The notes under the pieces were generated by a model that saw nothing but the letters and a program-made list of their open reading frames with translations, was not told the origin of the DNA and did no database searches. A DNA stretch of 32,000 nt. Origin: Alkanindiges illinoisensis DSM 15370. GTDB lineage: Bacteria; Pseudomonadota; Gammaproteobacteria; Pseudomonadales; Moraxellaceae. The stretch spans positions 1 to 32,000 of the forward strand of contig NZ_JHUX01000009.1 of the NCBI RefSeq assembly GCF_000619845.1, written 5' to 3'. Shown piece by piece: positions 30,560-32,000 of the stretch. Each line of letters starts with the position of its first letter. Position 1 is the stretch's first letter. Made by a program: the position numbers and the translations under genes.

Positions 30560-32000
30560 AAGACTTAGAAGGTCAGAATAAGCGTATTTCAGCACCCCTG
30601 GTTTATTTAATGGGTATGCTGTTTTTAATTTTTTCTTTTATGGTGGTTGGTAGTGTGGCCACACAAAAGATGGTGACTATTTTCAATCATCATCCTGCCC
30701 TGGGCAAACCGCTGGTTGGCTCACTGTATGCCCCCTATAGGTTTTTAGTCTGGTATTTACAGTATAACGTCCCCGTTGGTCAGGGTTTACGGCCAAAACT
30801 GGATTTGGTGATCATTTGTGTCCTGATTGCGGAAGGCCTGCTATTTCTGGTTACAGTCTTTACCATTGGCCTGATTACCAAGTCATCACGCAAGAATAAG
30901 GATATTCATGGATCGGCACGCTGGGCTGAGTTTGACGAGCTGCCGGATATGGGCTTATTACCGCAAAAGGGTAAAAAAGGCGAGGGCGTTTATGTTGGCG
31001 CAATCCGCGATAAACAAGGACGTTTGCATTATTTACGGCACAATGGCCCTGAGCATGTGATTGGTATTGCACCAACCCGTTCGGGTAAAGGTGTAGGCCT
31101 TGTGGTTCCAACGACCTTATCCTGGCCGCATTCGATGCTGATCAGTGATATGAAAGGCGAGTTATGGGCAATGACGTCAGGCTGGCGCAGCCAGTATGCC
31201 AATAATATCTGCATTAAGTTTGACCCGGCTGCTGAACATGGCAGTGCCAGTTTTAATCCACTGGCCGAGATTCGCTTGGGGACACCGTATGAAGTCAGTG
31301 ACACACAGAATCTTGTCACGATTCTGGTTGATCCCGAAGGGAAGGGCTTAAATGACCACTGGTCTAAGACCGGTAGCGCCTTACTGGTTGGTGTGATCCT
31401 GTATACCCTGTACCGGGTAAAGGAAGAAACCGGCGGTATTGCGAGCCTTGGTGAAGTGGCCATGACCATTTCAGACCCAAGCCAGCCGATTGATGAGCTT
31501 TGGAATGCCATGCTGTTTAACCAGTATGGTGAAAATGGAGCAGCACATATTAATATTGCGTCACCAGCGCGCGATATGCAGAACACGCCTGAAGAAGAAC
31601 GTGGCTCGATTATTTCAACAGCGAGATCCTTTTTAACCCTCTACCGTGATCCGATTGTTGAGAAAAACACCAAATACAGTGACTTTACCGTTTCAGACCT
31701 GATGGATGCGGATAAACCGGTTTCCTTATACCTTGTAGTACGCCCAGGGGATAAAGACCGGTTAAAACCATTAATTCGCCTGATGCTGACCCAGATTCTA
31801 CGGGTACTGATCCGCGAGGAAATGAAAATAGGTGCTGATGGTGCAGCTAAAGCAGCCCATAAACACCGGCTACTGATGATGCTGGATGAATTCCCAGGCT
31901 TTGGCCGCTTGAAAGTGTTTGAAGATGCACTGCCGTATATTGCTGGTTATGGCATCAAGGCCTACCTGATAGCCCAGGATATTGAACAGTTACGTGCCAG
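30556..32000 (+). CDS. traG: Type IV coupling protein TraG (VirD4 family), 3' end beyond the window
   Basis: My own translation of the open frame from ATG 30556, which overlaps the traI stop. It has two N-terminal TM helices, Walker A (GIAPTRSGKGVGLVVPT) and Walker B (HRLLMMLDEFPGFG). The frame is still open at the window end. Confidence 0.9.
   Translation, partial: MKDLEGQNKRISAPLVYLMGMLFLIFSFMVVGSVATQKMVTIFNHHPALGKPLVGSLYAPYRFLVWYLQYNVPVGQGLRPKLDLVIICVLIAEGLLFLVTVFTIGLITKSSRKNKDIHGSARWAEFDELPDMGLLPQKGKKGEGVYVGAIRDKQGRLHYLRHNGPEHVIGIAPTRSGKGVGLVVPTTLSWPHSMLISDMKGELWAMTSGWRSQYANNICIKFDPAAEHGSASFNPLAEIRLGTPYEVSDTQNLVTILVDPEGKGLNDHWSKTGSALLVGVILYTLYRVKEETGGIASLGEVAMTISDPSQPIDELWNAMLFNQYGENGAAHINIASPARDMQNTPEEERGSIISTARSFLTLYRDPIVEKNTKYSDFTVSDLMDADKPVSLYLVVRPGDKDRLKPLIRLMLTQILRVLIREEMKIGADGAAKAAHKHRLLMMLDEFPGFGRLKVFEDALPYIAGYGIKAYLIAQDIEQLRA

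Noticed and set aside
30875-31586. Minus-strand ORFs 30875-31111 and 31029-31586 (185 aa)
   Set aside because: They are antisense to the open traG/VirD4 frame, which carries clear Walker A/B motifs. The traG frame is missing from the ORF track only because it has no stop codon inside the window.

Overview
This window is a continuous stretch of a conjugative plasmid backbone organised much like IncP-1 (RP4/RK2), although the proteins are clearly divergent. All family calls rest on motif and architecture recognition from the translated ORFs. No database search was possible.

Layout, left to right:
- **1-3034:** the 3' part of a serine resolvase, a small Ser/Ala-rich repeat protein, an unknown 390-aa protein with an N-terminal wHTH, and a TetR regulator.
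- **3106-16725, minus strand:** one long transfer unit, orf121-trbB-C-D-E-(trbM-like)-J-(trbK-like)-L-F-G-H-I-orf127-topB. This is a P-type T4SS plus topoisomerase III.
- **17052-20821, control and stability block:** a divergent pair of HTH regulators, a DinJ/YafQ-type toxin-antitoxin pair, then parA, parB (KorB-like) and a KorA/TrfB-like repressor.
- **20999-24093, accessory genes:** a possibly frameshifted secreted protein, a membrane-anchored protein, an Mrr-type PD-(D/E)xK nuclease-domain protein, and orf117.
- **24352-26219, replication:** an iteron oriV (AT-rich region plus 13 direct repeats) followed by a Rep_3-type initiator.
- **26267-32000, DNA transfer module:** traM-traL-traK (minus strand), oriT, then traJ-traI with a nested out-of-frame traH-like ORF, and traG, which is cut by the window edge.

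No rRNA, tRNA, CRISPR array or IS element was recognised.

Most interesting observations:
1. The 14-bp palindrome TTTCGTTAACGAAA occurs six times perfectly and twice in variant form, with a distribution like IncP KorB operators. It marks a candidate plasmid-wide regulon or centromere network.
2. A promoter / 5'-UTR hairpin / SD cassette is duplicated in front of two unrelated transcription units.
3. TrbJ and the adjacent small lipoprotein share a C-terminal tail (WD[GS]AKGKGY).
4. An overprinted gene with a strong SD lies inside the relaxase gene.
5. oriT has helically phased repeats and RP4-like nic motifs.
6. A stand-alone Mrr-like nuclease gene is bracketed by copies of the palindrome.

Host assignment (Acinetobacter/Moraxellaceae-like) is only an inference from the Rep_3/iteron style and base composition.
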